This document shows, piece by piece, positions 48,494-58,806 of a stretch of DNA of 64,000 nucleotides. Position numbers and translations under genes: made by a program. The notes below the pieces were generated by a model that ran no database searches, was not told where the DNA came from, and saw only the letters and a list, made by a program, of their open reading frames with translations. How positions within the stretch are numbered: the stretch's first letter is position 1; the number at the start of each line of letters is the position of its first letter. This DNA is from Planctomycetota bacterium (lineage in GTDB: Bacteria > Planctomycetota > UBA1135 > UBA2386). Where the stretch lies: the NCBI GenBank assembly GCA_965228735.1, contig OZ245838.1:4320001-4384000 (forward strand). The letters run 5' to 3'.

Positions 48494-50623
48494 CTACTGC
48501 GGCGAGACCTTGAGCTTGCCGCTCTTGCGCTCGACGTCGTAGATCTTGTTGCCGAGCGGCATGCCCTGCAGCTTGAAGTCGATCGAGTCGCCGATCTGGT
48601 CGTCCTGCACCTCGCCGTAGCGGACGGCGAAGCCGCACGCGATGCGGAAGATGTTGTCGAGCATGAACGCGTTGAGCGACAGGTCGATGCCGCGGTAACG
48701 CGAACCGAGCCCGGTCTCCGGGTTGAAGTGCTCGAGCGAGTTGGGGAACTCGGTGTTCTCGAGCTCGCCGCTCATCATCGTGACCGTGCGCTGCAGCAGC
48801 TGATTGGCGAGCCGCACCGCGCGCTTGTTGCCGCGCTCGGCCCAGTAGGTCAGACCCTCGAGGATGTGGCAGTTGACGCCCGGCCAGGTGCGACCGTTCC
48901 ACGGCGCTTCCTTGCGCGTGTCCTTCCAACGCCCCGCGGGCTCGAACGTCGAATCGCTCATCGCGATGCTCGGCACCGGGTACTTCGCCCAGAACTCCTG
49001 CCGACTCGCGAGCTGCTCGATCATCTTGTCGACCTGCTTGCTGTTCGGGATGTCCGTCGCGAGCGGGTAGAAGCCGACCGCCGCCTTGACGTTGGTCTTG
49101 CGGCGGTTCTTCGGATCGAGATCCATGAACATGCCGGACTTCTCGTCCCACATCTTGCGACGGATCGTGTCCAGGATGACCTCGACCTCCGCGTGGAAGC
49201 GGTTGGCCATCGCCTTCTCCTGGATCTCCTCGGCGACCGCGTGCAGCCACTTCACGAGGCGGTAGCGGAACACCGACGCGTCGATGCCCTTGAGCCGGAA
49301 CTGCTCCTCGAACTCGACCGCGCGATCGTGCTTGCTGTCGACGATCGCGTAGCGCCGCGAGAACTCCTGCCGCGCCTCGAAGTGGTTGACGATGTCGGTC
49401 AGGCCGCTGCCTTCCGGATCGCGGTTGTTGCCGATCCACTTGACGTAGCGCTGCATCGCCGCGAGCACGGCCTTCTTCGTCGCCTTGTCGGGGTGGATCG
49501 CATCGAGCGCCTCGAAGCCACCGCCCCAGTCGGCGTGGAAGAAGTCGGCCGAGTCGAGCCCGCCGAGCTGCACGCGACCGGGCACCTGGCCGCTGTGCAT
49601 GATGTTCTCGAAGAACAGCTTGAGGTTGCCGCGCGCGAGCGTCGGGTCCTGCAGCCAGCGCGCTTCACGGATCGCGGCGGGCGCCGAGAACGACGTCGGG
49701 AAGTGCTGCGGGCCGTTGCCCTCGCAGATCGCGGGCGAGCTGAACTTGCCGGCGCCATGCGGCTGCCGCAGCAGGTAGAGCAGCTCGAAGCGGCTCTTCA
49801 CGACGCGCTCGAGCGCCTTGTCCTCGCACTTGAACGTCGGGACCGTGCTCCAGAACGCGTGGTAGCCGTTCTCGTCCTTGCTGTCCGGGCGACGCGGCCG
49901 GTAGTTGATCTTCTTGGCCTTGAACGCGACGTTGGCCTCGAAGCGCTGCTCGCTCTTGCCGTTGCCCTTGAACGTGATCGTGCGGAACAGCCCGCAGTAG
50001 ACGCGCGACTCCGCGATGATCGGGCTCGGCTTCTCCATCGGCCGCTTCGCGCGCGGCGTCGGCAGAGCGTGCATGTCGTACCACGGCGTCTCCTCGAAGT
50101 CGGGGCGATCGCTGCCGCCCTCGCAGAAGAAGCCCTGCAGGCAACGCGCGCCCTTCGGCCCGGGGTTGCTGAAGATGATTTCGCACGGCACGTCGGAGCC
50201 GACGCCGGGGAACGCGCGCTTGATGCGGAAGCTATCGCCCTCGAGCGAGACCGGTTCGCCCTCGGGGTCGGTCGTCGTCCACAGCACGCAGGAGAGCTCG
50301 CGCTCCTTCTTCGTCGAGTTGTGCAGCAGCAGCTCGGACACGAAGCGATCGTCCTGCGTGACGAAGCGGTGCTCGGTGACCTTCAGTCCGCCGGCCTCTT
50401 CATAGGTCAGGATCGCCTTGCCGTCCTTCTCCTCGATCTTGGTGCAGTTCAGGGTCAGCGGGATGCCGTCCTCGATCACCGCGAGGAAGAACACCGACGG
50501 CAGCATCGCGTTGGCGATGCACGCTTCGTCCGCGAAACCCGGCGACTCGAAGAAGCGCGGGTAGCGCGGCGCGTAGAGGCAGTAGCCGCCGCCAGCGAGG
50601 GCGATCTTTTTGTTCTGATTCAT
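48494..50623 (-). CDS. (alpha/alpha)6-barrel glycoside hydrolase (GH63/MGH1-like)
   Basis: MWDEKSGMFMD, GFYPL, YPVPS, WNGRTWP.VN, EHFNPETG. Confidence 0.75.
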   Translation of the reverse strand: MNQNKKIALAGGGYCLYAPRYPRFFESPGFADEACIANAMLPSVFFLAVIEDGIPLTLNCTKIEEKDGKAILTYEEAGGLKVTEHRFVTQDDRFVSELLLHNSTKKERELSCVLWTTTDPEGEPVSLEGDSFRIKRAFPGVGSDVPCEIIFSNPGPKGARCLQGFFCEGGSDRPDFEETPWYDMHALPTPRAKRPMEKPSPIIAESRVYCGLFRTITFKGNGKSEQRFEANVAFKAKKINYRPRRPDSKDENGYHAFWSTVPTFKCEDKALERVVKSRFELLYLLRQPHGAGKFSSPAICEGNGPQHFPTSFSAPAAIREARWLQDPTLARGNLKLFFENIMHSGQVPGRVQLGGLDSADFFHADWGGGFEALDAIHPDKATKKAVLAAMQRYVKWIGNNRDPEGSGLTDIVNHFEARQEFSRRYAIVDSKHDRAVEFEEQFRLKGIDASVFRYRLVKWLHAVAEEIQEKAMANRFHAEVEVILDTIRRKMWDEKSGMFMDLDPKNRRKTNVKAAVGFYPLATDIPNSKQVDKMIEQLASRQEFWAKYPVPSIAMSDSTFEPAGRWKDTRKEAPWNGRTWPGVNCHILEGLTYWAERGNKRAVRLANQLLQRTVTMMSGELENTEFPNSLEHFNPETGLGSRYRGIDLSLNAFMLDNIFRIACGFAVRYGEVQDDQIGDSIDFKLQGMPLGNKIYDVERKSGKLKVSPQ

Positions 50624-50836
50624 TCCGTGATCCCGAAGCGAAAGTGGCCGGTTCCCGGTGCTCGGCACGTGGGCGGCCAGGGGGCCTGCGCCTGCGCGTC
50701 CGGCTCGATCGCGTTAGTCACTGATGCGGTAACCACTTGCGTGGCGTCATTGGGCCTGGGCAGGCCGCTGGCGAGTCCGATGCCACCGGATTTTCAACGG
50801 GTATGTGACCGCATCTTGGTCGCCTTCCCTTGACAG

Positions 50837-51547
50837 TCAAGAGGTTTCCTGACAGGCGGACTCGCCCGCGGATTCGGCACGCAGGCGCTGCAACACGGCC
50901 TCGAGCTCGTCCGGCAACGGGTCGACGAGCTCGAGCGGCTCGCCCGTCGTCGGATGGCGCATGCTCACGCGCTCGAGGTGGAGAAACAGCCGAGGCAGCC
51001 CGTATTTCTCGCGAAACAGCGCGTTCATCCGGCCCTTCCCGTGCGTCGTGTCCCCGAGGATATGGCGCCCGCAGTGATTGGCGTGGCGCCGGATCTGGTG
51101 ATAGCGGCCCGTGTGGATCCGGCAGCGCACGAGCGCACAGCCGCGGAACGTTTCGAGCATCGCGAAGTCGGTGCGCGCCGCCTGCGGGCGGTCGTCGTCG
51201 GTGTGCAGCGTCTGCTCACACGTCCATTCGTCACCGAGCTGCCCGAGCGTGCCGCGGCTGCCGGGCCAGCGCATGAGCGCGAGGTATTCCTTCACCGCGG
51301 CTGCGTCCGACAGCGACGCCTGCAACCCGGCTGCGGCGGCCGACGACAGACCGAAGATCAGGATCCCCGACGACGGCCGATCGAGCCGATGGAACGGCCA
51401 CAGCTTGCGCCCGAGCTGATCGCGCACGATCTGCAGCGCGGCCGGCGCGTCGGGGTGATGCTCGTCGCGGTGCACGAGGAGGCCGCCCGGCTTGCTCACC
51501 GCGACGAGGTCGTCGTCGAGGTGCAGAACCCTCAGGGACTCCGTCAC
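50837..51547 (-). CDS. RluA-family pseudouridine synthase (TruC-like)
   Basis: KPGGLLVH, catalytic HRLDRPSSG, TGRYHQIRRH, ILGDTTHG, RLFLH. Confidence 0.9.
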   Translation of the reverse strand: MTESLRVLHLDDDLVAVSKPGGLLVHRDEHHPDAPAALQIVRDQLGRKLWPFHRLDRPSSGILIFGLSSAAAAGLQASLSDAAAVKEYLALMRWPGSRGTLGQLGDEWTCEQTLHTDDDRPQAARTDFAMLETFRGCALVRCRIHTGRYHQIRRHANHCGRHILGDTTHGKGRMNALFREKYGLPRLFLHLERVSMRHPTTGEPLELVDPLPDELEAVLQRLRAESAGESACQETS

Positions 51548-51603
51548 GGCGTCTTTGCTGCCCCGTTCTTTGAGCCGGTCATCGCTTCGGTTCTAACACG
51601 GCG

Positions 51604-53115
51604 ATGAACGTCTGGCACCTGCTCGACCGCGCTGCCGAGGACCCGCGCGGCGCGTTGATCGAGCCGGGGCCCGGAGCGGGACGCGAACTCGACTACGTCG
51701 CAGCGCGGGCCGCTGCGCTCGCGCTGGCGCAGCGACTGCGAGACGCCGGTGCGGCGCCCGGCGATCGCGTCGCGGTGCTGATGCACAACTCGATCGAATA
51801 CTGGCTCGCCTACTTCGCGGCCGCAGCCGCCGGCGCGATCCTCGTGCCGCTCAACACGCGGCTGACCGCGGCCGATCACCGGCGCGTGCTCGCGCACAGC
51901 GGCGCGACCGTTCTGCTGCACGACGACGCGCACGCGGTGATCGCGGGTGAGCTCGGCATTCCCCGACTGCGCATCGATGCGGCTTCGACGGGCGCGAGTT
52001 CCGACGTCGCGCCGACGCTCGCCGGACCGGACGATCCCGCCCAGCTCTACTACACGAGCGGCACGACGGGCGCGCCGAAAGGGGTCGTGCTGACGCACCG
52101 CAACGTGTGCACGCACGCCGAGTCCGCGATCGTCGAGCTCGGCCTGAACGGAGCGGATCGCTGGGCGCACATAGCGCCGATGTTCCACCTCGCCGACGCG
52201 TGGGCCGTCTTTGCGATCACCGCGGTGGCCGGCACGCACGTGTTCGAACCACGGTTCGAACCGCGACGCGCGCTCGACCTGCTCGCCGAAGAACGCATCA
52301 CGATCACCAACCTCGTGCCGACGATGCTCAACCTGATGGTGGCCGAACCCGGCGCGCAGACGCGCACCTACGCGCTGCGCCGGATGCTCAGCGGCGGGGC
52401 GGCGATCGCGCCCGAGACCGTGCAGCGCATCCTTGCGACGTTCGGCGACGAGGGCCGCGCGTTCGAGTACGTGCAGACCTACGGCATGACGGAGACGAGT
52501 CCATACCTGACGCTGAGCCTGCTGCCGAAAGCGCTGCGATCGCTGCCGGCCGCCGATCGGCTGCGACTGGTATGCCGCACGGGGCGCCCGTTCCGCGGCG
52601 TCGCGCTGCGCGTCACGCGCGAGGACGGCAGCGAGGTCGCGCGCGATGACGTGGAGGTCGGCGAGATCCGCGTGCGCGGCGCGACCGTGACCCCGGGTTA
52701 TTGGCAGAACGACGAAGCCACGGCAGCCGCGTTCGACGCCGACGGCTTCCTCTACACCGGCGACCTCGCGACGATCGACGAGCACGGCTTCGTCAACATC
52801 GTCGATCGCAAGAAGGACGTCGTGAACACCGGCGGTGAGCTGGTCTACTCGATCGAGGTCGAGAACACGCTGCACGAGCATCCGGCCGTGCTCGAGTGCG
52901 CGGTGTTCGGCCGGCCCGACGATGTCTGGGGCGAACGCGTGACCGCGGCCGTCGTGTTGCGCGCCGATGCGGCGGCTCTCGACGGCGACGCCCTGATCGC
53001 GTTCTGCCGCGACCGTCTCGCGGCCTACAAGGTGCCGAAGGCGATCGAATTCCTGGCCACCCTGCCGCGCACGGGTTCGGGCAAGATCAGCAAGCGCGCG
53101 CTGCGTGAGAGCTGA
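51604..53115 (+). CDS. Acyl-CoA synthetase (AMP-binding)
   Basis: YTSGTTGAPKG, YGMTET, TGDLA, DRKKD, PRTGSGKI. Confidence 0.93.
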   Translation: MNVWHLLDRAAEDPRGALIEPGPGAGRELDYVAARAAALALAQRLRDAGAAPGDRVAVLMHNSIEYWLAYFAAAAAGAILVPLNTRLTAADHRRVLAHSGATVLLHDDAHAVIAGELGIPRLRIDAASTGASSDVAPTLAGPDDPAQLYYTSGTTGAPKGVVLTHRNVCTHAESAIVELGLNGADRWAHIAPMFHLADAWAVFAITAVAGTHVFEPRFEPRRALDLLAEERITITNLVPTMLNLMVAEPGAQTRTYALRRMLSGGAAIAPETVQRILATFGDEGRAFEYVQTYGMTETSPYLTLSLLPKALRSLPAADRLRLVCRTGRPFRGVALRVTREDGSEVARDDVEVGEIRVRGATVTPGYWQNDEATAAAFDADGFLYTGDLATIDEHGFVNIVDRKKDVVNTGGELVYSIEVENTLHEHPAVLECAVFGRPDDVWGERVTAAVVLRADAAALDGDALIAFCRDRLAAYKVPKAIEFLATLPRTGSGKISKRALRES

Positions 53116-53130
53116 CCCGAGTTCGCCGGA

Positions 53131-53721
53131 TCAGAGCAGGAAGTCGTAGACGAGCCAGACCGCCGCGCCGGCGATCGCCCAGCCGACGAGCGCCAGCACG
53201 CCGTCGTACGCCATCACCGCGAGGCCCAGCAGCATCGCGCTCGCCGCCGGCACCGCAGCACCGAACGGCACGATCTCGAGCGGTGGCATCAGGCAGCCCA
53301 TGACGACGACCGCGAGCGCGTTGATCGGCTGGGCCACGCTCTTCGTGAGGAACGTCAGGCGCGGGTGCACCCAGCGATCGATGCGTTTCGCCCACGGCCG
53401 CACCTTCTCGAACCCGCTCTCGAGCTTCTGCCGGTCGATGCTGCGCTCGCGGATCCGGCGCGGCAGCCACGGGTTCTTCAGGCCGACCGCGCGCTGACCG
53501 GCGATCAGGACGAGCAGGATGCCGACGATCGTCGGCAGTAGCGGAATCGCGCCGAGTGGGCTCACGATGATGAACCCGAGCAGCGCGATCGCGGGGCCGA
53601 GCAGGCGGTGCGAGAACGTGTCGAGCACGTCCTGGACCTCGACCTCGTCCTCGCCTTCGGTCCCTTCGAGCAGGGCATCGATCGCCTCCTCGATCGACCG
53701 CACGTCGCCGTTGCCGCTCAT
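53131..53721 (-). CDS. ExoD-family membrane protein
   Basis: SPLGAIP, PWLPRRI, PRLTFL, PLEIVPF, DG motif; 3-4 TM. Confidence 0.85.
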   Translation of the reverse strand: MSGNGDVRSIEEAIDALLEGTEGEDEVEVQDVLDTFSHRLLGPAIALLGFIIVSPLGAIPLLPTIVGILLVLIAGQRAVGLKNPWLPRRIRERSIDRQKLESGFEKVRPWAKRIDRWVHPRLTFLTKSVAQPINALAVVVMGCLMPPLEIVPFGAAVPAASAMLLGLAVMAYDGVLALVGWAIAGAAVWLVYDFLL

Positions 53722-54944
53722 GGCCGCCGCAACAGCACGATGCGGTTGGTGTTGGTGCCGCGACGGTTGTTGTCGACGCCCCAGCAGTTGGCGGTCTTGG
53801 TGAACTCCTGCGCATTGACCATCACGAGCTCGGGCTCGAGACCGGCGCTCACGGCGGCCGGCACGACGGCCTCCTCGAGTCGCACCTTGCCGCCGCGCAC
53901 CTCTCCGACCTCGAACGCGATGTGCCCACCGGGGCGCACGACGCGGTGCAGCTCGACGAACACCTCGGTCATCGCGGCCTGCCAGGCATCGACCGTGCGC
54001 GCCATCGTGATCGGCACGGTCGCCGCATCGATCCCGGCGAACCAGCAGCGCAGCCAGTTGTCATTCGCGTACTGCACGACGTCGAGGAACGGCGGCGACG
54101 TGACGACGAGCTGCACGCTCGCGTCGAGAACCCCGGCAAGCTCGGCCGCCGCGCCGGTCGTGAGCACGGCCCGTTGCGCGAGCGCGCTGCTCGCGGCGCG
54201 CCAGAGCGGGTCGACGTTCTTGAACAGTGCCGCCGACTTCTTGCGCAGGATCGCCTTGACGTCGCGGACGGGCGGCTCTTGCGCGCGCTTCTCGTTGATC
54301 TTGCGCTGGGCCGCGACGGTGACCGCCTGGTTGGGCGGCATTGTGTAGACCGAGAAGAACCCGGCCGAGTGTCCCGTGAGCCGGTTGATCGCGACCATGC
54401 GCAGCCAGTCGTCGACCGCGTCGAGCTCACCCGCCGCGTCGCGCTGCAGCAGGTACTCGCGCAGGGCCCGGATCGCGCCCAGCGTCTCGGGATGGAAGAA
54501 CACGAGCAGGTCGTCGTCCGCTTCGTCCGCCACGCCCGCCGCGGACTCGGCGAGATCCAACGCGTCGATCCGTTCGAGCACCCGCGAGAGCGGCGGCGGG
54601 TCGAGCCGCGGCCGCACGAGCATCGTCGACAGCGGGTTGACGTCGTTGCCGCCCGGCACGCGTTCGCGCAGCACGGCTTCGAGCGGGGTCGTGCCGCGCC
54701 CCATGAACGGATCGAAGACGAGATCGCCGGGCTTCGACAGCCGTTCGATGAAGAAGGCGGGCAGCGACGGCTTGAAGCACGCCCGGTAGCTGACCTCGTG
54801 CAGGCTGTGCCCTTCGCGTTGCGCCGACGTCCAGAACTCGTTGGTCAGCATCGGCACGCGCCGGCCGTCGACCGCGAGCGCGTCACGGTGCGTCGCCGCG
54901 CCGAACTCGGCGAAGTCCTCGAGCTCTCGTAGCAACGACGTCAC
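53718..54944 (-). CDS. Orphan site-specific DNA methyltransferase (amino-MTase, motif I before motif IV)
   Basis: SAM motif DPFMGRGTT; catalytic-like VTSPPF; SYRACFKP. Confidence 0.85.
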   Translation of the reverse strand: MTSLLRELEDFAEFGAATHRDALAVDGRRVPMLTNEFWTSAQREGHSLHEVSYRACFKPSLPAFFIERLSKPGDLVFDPFMGRGTTPLEAVLRERVPGGNDVNPLSTMLVRPRLDPPPLSRVLERIDALDLAESAAGVADEADDDLLVFFHPETLGAIRALREYLLQRDAAGELDAVDDWLRMVAINRLTGHSAGFFSVYTMPPNQAVTVAAQRKINEKRAQEPPVRDVKAILRKKSAALFKNVDPLWRAASSALAQRAVLTTGAAAELAGVLDASVQLVVTSPPFLDVVQYANDNWLRCWFAGIDAATVPITMARTVDAWQAAMTEVFVELHRVVRPGGHIAFEVGEVRGGKVRLEEAVVPAAVSAGLEPELVMVNAQEFTKTANCWGVDNNRRGTNTNRIVLLRRP

Positions 54945-55004
54945 GGCGGGATGCGAACCCTTCGGCGGCCGCGCCGCAAGCTACGATCCGGGTTCGTGGA
55001 GACC

Positions 55005-56423
55005 ATGATGTTGACGACCCTCGTTCTCTCGATCGCCGGCGCCGTTTCCGGGCTCGACGCGGAGCCAGCTACCACAACGATGACCGCTCCCGCCGCTGCC
55101 GCGGCCGCGGCGACGATGCCGCGCGGCGAGACCCCGCCGCCCGGCCCACCGTGGCTCCTGACCTACCGCGAAGCGCGCCGCGACGCGCTGCTGCGCGGTC
55201 GGCCGGTCATGGTCTACTTCACCAAGACCTATTGACCGCACTGCCTCCCCCTGGAGCAGCAGGTGCTGTCCAACGAGAAACTCGCCGCGCACTACGACAA
55301 GGTCACGTGGCTGTTCGTCACGCGCAACTTCAAGAACGACGCGAAGGACCGCGAGGCGGCGCGGACGCACGATCGCTTCGGCATCACGTCGTGGCCGCAC
55401 TGCGAGCTGTTCGATCCGCGCGACGATCGCGTGCTCGCGGACCTGCCGCGCGATCTCGCGGGCTTCGTCGCGGACATCGACCGGCACGCTGGCGCGGTGA
55501 AGAAGGCCGGCCGCCGGAGCGAACGAGCCGCGGCGACGGTCGCGCGGGCCACCGCGTTGTTCGAAGCCGGCAAGACGAAGGCCGCGCTGACGAGCATCGC
55601 GCCGGTCGCCAACGGGAAGGACGATGCGTTCGTCCATCTGTGGGCGCGCGAGCTCGAACGTGAGTGGCGCGGCAAACCCGTCCCGATCGCCGACCGGCTC
55701 GCCGACCCGGACGTGCGCGAGCGCGCGATCGGGCTCGAGGAGGCCTTCGAACGCGAGGCTCGCAAACTGCGCCCCCTGCAGGAACGCATCCGCGAGCTGC
55801 TGCTCGATACCGACGAACACCTCGTCGTTCGCCTGCGCGCGCTCGCGATCGTCGCGCGCGACGAACCCGAGCTCGTGCGCGATCACGCCGCGGATCTGCT
55901 CGCGATCGAGAACGACAACTTCCGCTTCCAGGTGCTGCAGACGCTCAGCAAGCACGCGGATCCCGAACTCGTTCCATTGCTCGTGATGATGTTCGAGGGT
56001 GCCGGGACGAAGGTCAGGAGCGGCAACCCCAACGTGCTCCGCATCCACATCGCGCGCTGCCTCGGCGCCGCCGGCGATCCGCGCGGCCTGCCGCCGCTGC
56101 AGTCGATCGCCGAGGCCGCGGACCCGCGCAACGGCCTCACCCACGTCGGCCTGAAGGCCCTCGGCACGCTCGGCCGCGACGGCGACCGCAAGCTGCGCGC
56201 GCAGGTCGTCGACATCCTGCGCGGGGCGTTGCCGCCGGCGATCGCGGACGCGGATCCGAGCCTCGGCGAACATGCCGAGCGCCGCTTGTTGGGCGTCGTG
56301 CGCAGCCTGCGCGAAGCGCTCGATGGCAACGTGACCGCGGTGCCACCGCTGCCTTCGGGCTGGACGAAACGCGACCGCACGGCGTTCGCCAAGGCACTCG
56401 AGCGAGCGCGCCCGCGCCGCTGA
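55005..56423 (+). CDS. Putative secreted selenoprotein: thioredoxin-like (UxxC) plus HEAT repeats, UGA at 55233-55235
   Basis: GGAG RBS then ATG 55005. The two listed ORFs share a frame and are separated by one TGA, reading VMVYFTKTY-U-PHC. Confidence 0.8.
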
Positions 56424-56428
56424 ACTGG

Positions 56429-56485
56429 CGTACGGTACCGGGTACATCCTGCCGGCACCCGGCAGTTTGAACCAGGTACCGTACG
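56429..56485. repeat. REP/REPIN-like palindromic element, copy 3
   Basis: CGTACGGTACCGGGTACATCCTGCCGG...CCGGCAGTTTGAACCAGGTACCGTACG. Confidence 0.85.
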
Positions 56486-56517
56486 GGTGCCTTGTTAGGA
56501 TCCGCGGCCCGTTTTCG

Positions 56518-58806
56518 ATGTCGATTCGCCGCGAAGGACCCGTTGCCGAGCGTCTGCTCGAGCTGTTGCAGAACCATCCGGGGGCGGATCGGGCGCGCGC
56601 CGGGGCGCTCGACGGGCCGATCGCGCCGCACGCGTCGATGACGCGACGGCAGGCCGTCGCGATCTTCGAGTCGGCGATCCAGTCGCGCCTGCAGGACCTG
56701 CTGTCGCGCGAGCTCAAGGACCGGGGCCTGAGCTACTACACGATCGGCAGCAGCGGGCACGAGGCGAACGCGATCTTCGGCGCGCTGCTGCGGCCCACGG
56801 ACACCGCGTTCTTGCACTACCGCAGCGGCGCGTTCATGGCGGCGCGACTGCGGCAGGGGCGCGGCGAGACGCCGTTCTTCGACGCGATGCTGTCGTTCTG
56901 CGCGTCGGCCGAGGATCCGATCAGCGGCGGGCGACACAAGGTGCTCGGCTCGCCGACGATGCACGTGCCGCCGCAGACGAGCACGATCGCGAGCCACCTG
57001 CCGAAGGCGCTCGGCTTCGCGATGGCGATGTCACGACTGCGGCGCCAGGGCATCGAGCCGGGCTCGGGCGTGCCGCTCGACAGCATCGTCTACTGCAGCT
57101 TCGGCGACGCGTCGCTCAACCATGCGACGGCGCAGGCCGGCCTGCACAGCGCGGGTGCTGCGGTGCTGCACGCGCAACCGTGCCCGGTGCTGTTCGTCTG
57201 CGAGGACAACGGCATCGGCATTTCGGTCAAGACGCCGGCGGACTACGTCGAGCGCATGATGCGGCACCGGCCGGGGATCAAGTACTTCGCGTGCGACAGC
57301 CAAGACTTCCCCGGCGTCTGGTCGACCGCGCAGCGCGCGATCGAGTTCGTGCGACAGCAGCGCCGACCGGCGTTCCTGCACGTGCGGACCGTTCGCCTCA
57401 TGGGGCACGCGGGCTCGGACGTCGAGGCCAACCACATGCCGCTCGAGCAGATCGAGGAGAACGAACGACGCGACCCGTTGCTCGCGTTCACCGATCTGCT
57501 GCTGACGACGGGTGCGATCAGCAAGGACGGCATCCTCGCGCTCTATCGCGATACCGACGCTCGCCTGCGCCGCGCCGCCGACGAGGCGGCGACGCGCAAG
57601 AAGCTCACGACCGTCGCGCAGATCACCGCGCCGCTGATCCGGCCGACCGCCGGTCAGTGCGAGGTGCAGGTCGCCAGCAACGAACGGCGGCTCGAGGTCT
57701 TCGGCGGCAAGCTGCCCGAGGACGACAAGCGCAAGCGCCACCTCGCCTACCGCATCCCGCAGGCGCTGACCGACATCCTCGCGGCCTACCCCGAGGCGTT
57801 CGTCTTCGGCGAGGACGTCGCGAAGAAGGGCGGCGTCTACAACGCGACCAAGGGCCTGCACGAGCGCTTCCGCGGCGGACGCGTGTTCAACACGATCCTC
57901 GACGAGACGACGATCCTCGGCCTCGCGCAGGGCATGGCGCAGGCCGGGTGCCTGCCGATCCCTGAGATCCAGTATCTCGCCTACCTACACAACGCGATCG
58001 ACCAGATCCGCGGCGAGGCCGCGTCGCTGCAGTTCTTCAGCACGGGCGCGTCGCATCGGGACATCAAGGACGCGCAGTTTCCGAGCTACGCCAACCCGAT
58101 GGTCGTGCGCATCGCCGGGCTCGCCTACCAGAAGGGCTTCGGCGGCCATTTCCACAACGACAACTCGGTCGGCGCGCTGCTCGAGATCCCCGGCATCATC
58201 CTCGGTGTGCCGGCGCGCGCCGACGACGCGGTGCTGATGCTGCGCGCGATGACGGCGGCGGCGCACGAGCACGGCATGGTCAACGTCTGCCTCGAACCGA
58301 TCGCGCTCTACATGCAGAAGGACCTGCACGAGCCGGGCGACGGGGAGTGGCAGTTCGACTACCCGGCACCCCACGAGGTCATGGACGTCGGCGAAGGTCG
58401 CGTCTACGACGAGGGCGACGACGACGCGCTGACGATCGTGACCTACGGCAACGGTCTGTGGATGAGCCTGCGCGTGCAGCGGCGACTGCGGCAGGAGGGC
58501 ATCAAGGCGCGCGTGTTCGATCTGCGCTGGCTGCTGCCGCTGCCGATCGAGCAGATCAAGGAGCACGTGCGTGCGACGAAGCGGTGCCTCGTCGTCGACG
58601 AGTGCCGCAGCACGCACGCCGGCCCGAGCCCGATGATCCTCACCGAGCTCTGCCAGGATCCCGAGCTGCGCGGCGCTGTCCTGCGCCGAGTCGCCGCGGC
58701 GGACAGCTACGTGCCGCTCGCCGCGGCCGCCAATCTCGTGCTCGTGCAAGAACCCGACATCGAGCGCGCCGCGCGCGAGATCGTCGAAGTGGAGGTCGGT
58801 CGATGA
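56518..58806 (+). CDS. Fused 2-oxoacid (branched-chain-type) dehydrogenase E1 alpha/beta, TPP-dependent
   Basis: GSSGHE, TPP motif FGDAS...EDN, GHAGSD, FGEDV, EIQYLAY, GGHFH. Confidence 0.9.
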   Translation: MSIRREGPVAERLLELLQNHPGADRARAGALDGPIAPHASMTRRQAVAIFESAIQSRLQDLLSRELKDRGLSYYTIGSSGHEANAIFGALLRPTDTAFLHYRSGAFMAARLRQGRGETPFFDAMLSFCASAEDPISGGRHKVLGSPTMHVPPQTSTIASHLPKALGFAMAMSRLRRQGIEPGSGVPLDSIVYCSFGDASLNHATAQAGLHSAGAAVLHAQPCPVLFVCEDNGIGISVKTPADYVERMMRHRPGIKYFACDSQDFPGVWSTAQRAIEFVRQQRRPAFLHVRTVRLMGHAGSDVEANHMPLEQIEENERRDPLLAFTDLLLTTGAISKDGILALYRDTDARLRRAADEAATRKKLTTVAQITAPLIRPTAGQCEVQVASNERRLEVFGGKLPEDDKRKRHLAYRIPQALTDILAAYPEAFVFGEDVAKKGGVYNATKGLHERFRGGRVFNTILDETTILGLAQGMAQAGCLPIPEIQYLAYLHNAIDQIRGEAASLQFFSTGASHRDIKDAQFPSYANPMVVRIAGLAYQKGFGGHFHNDNSVGALLEIPGIILGVPARADDAVLMLRAMTAAAHEHGMVNVCLEPIALYMQKDLHEPGDGEWQFDYPAPHEVMDVGEGRVYDEGDDDALTIVTYGNGLWMSLRVQRRLRQEGIKARVFDLRWLLPLPIEQIKEHVRATKRCLVVDECRSTHAGPSPMILTELCQDPELRGAVLRRVAAADSYVPLAAAANLVLVQEPDIERAAREIVEVEVGR

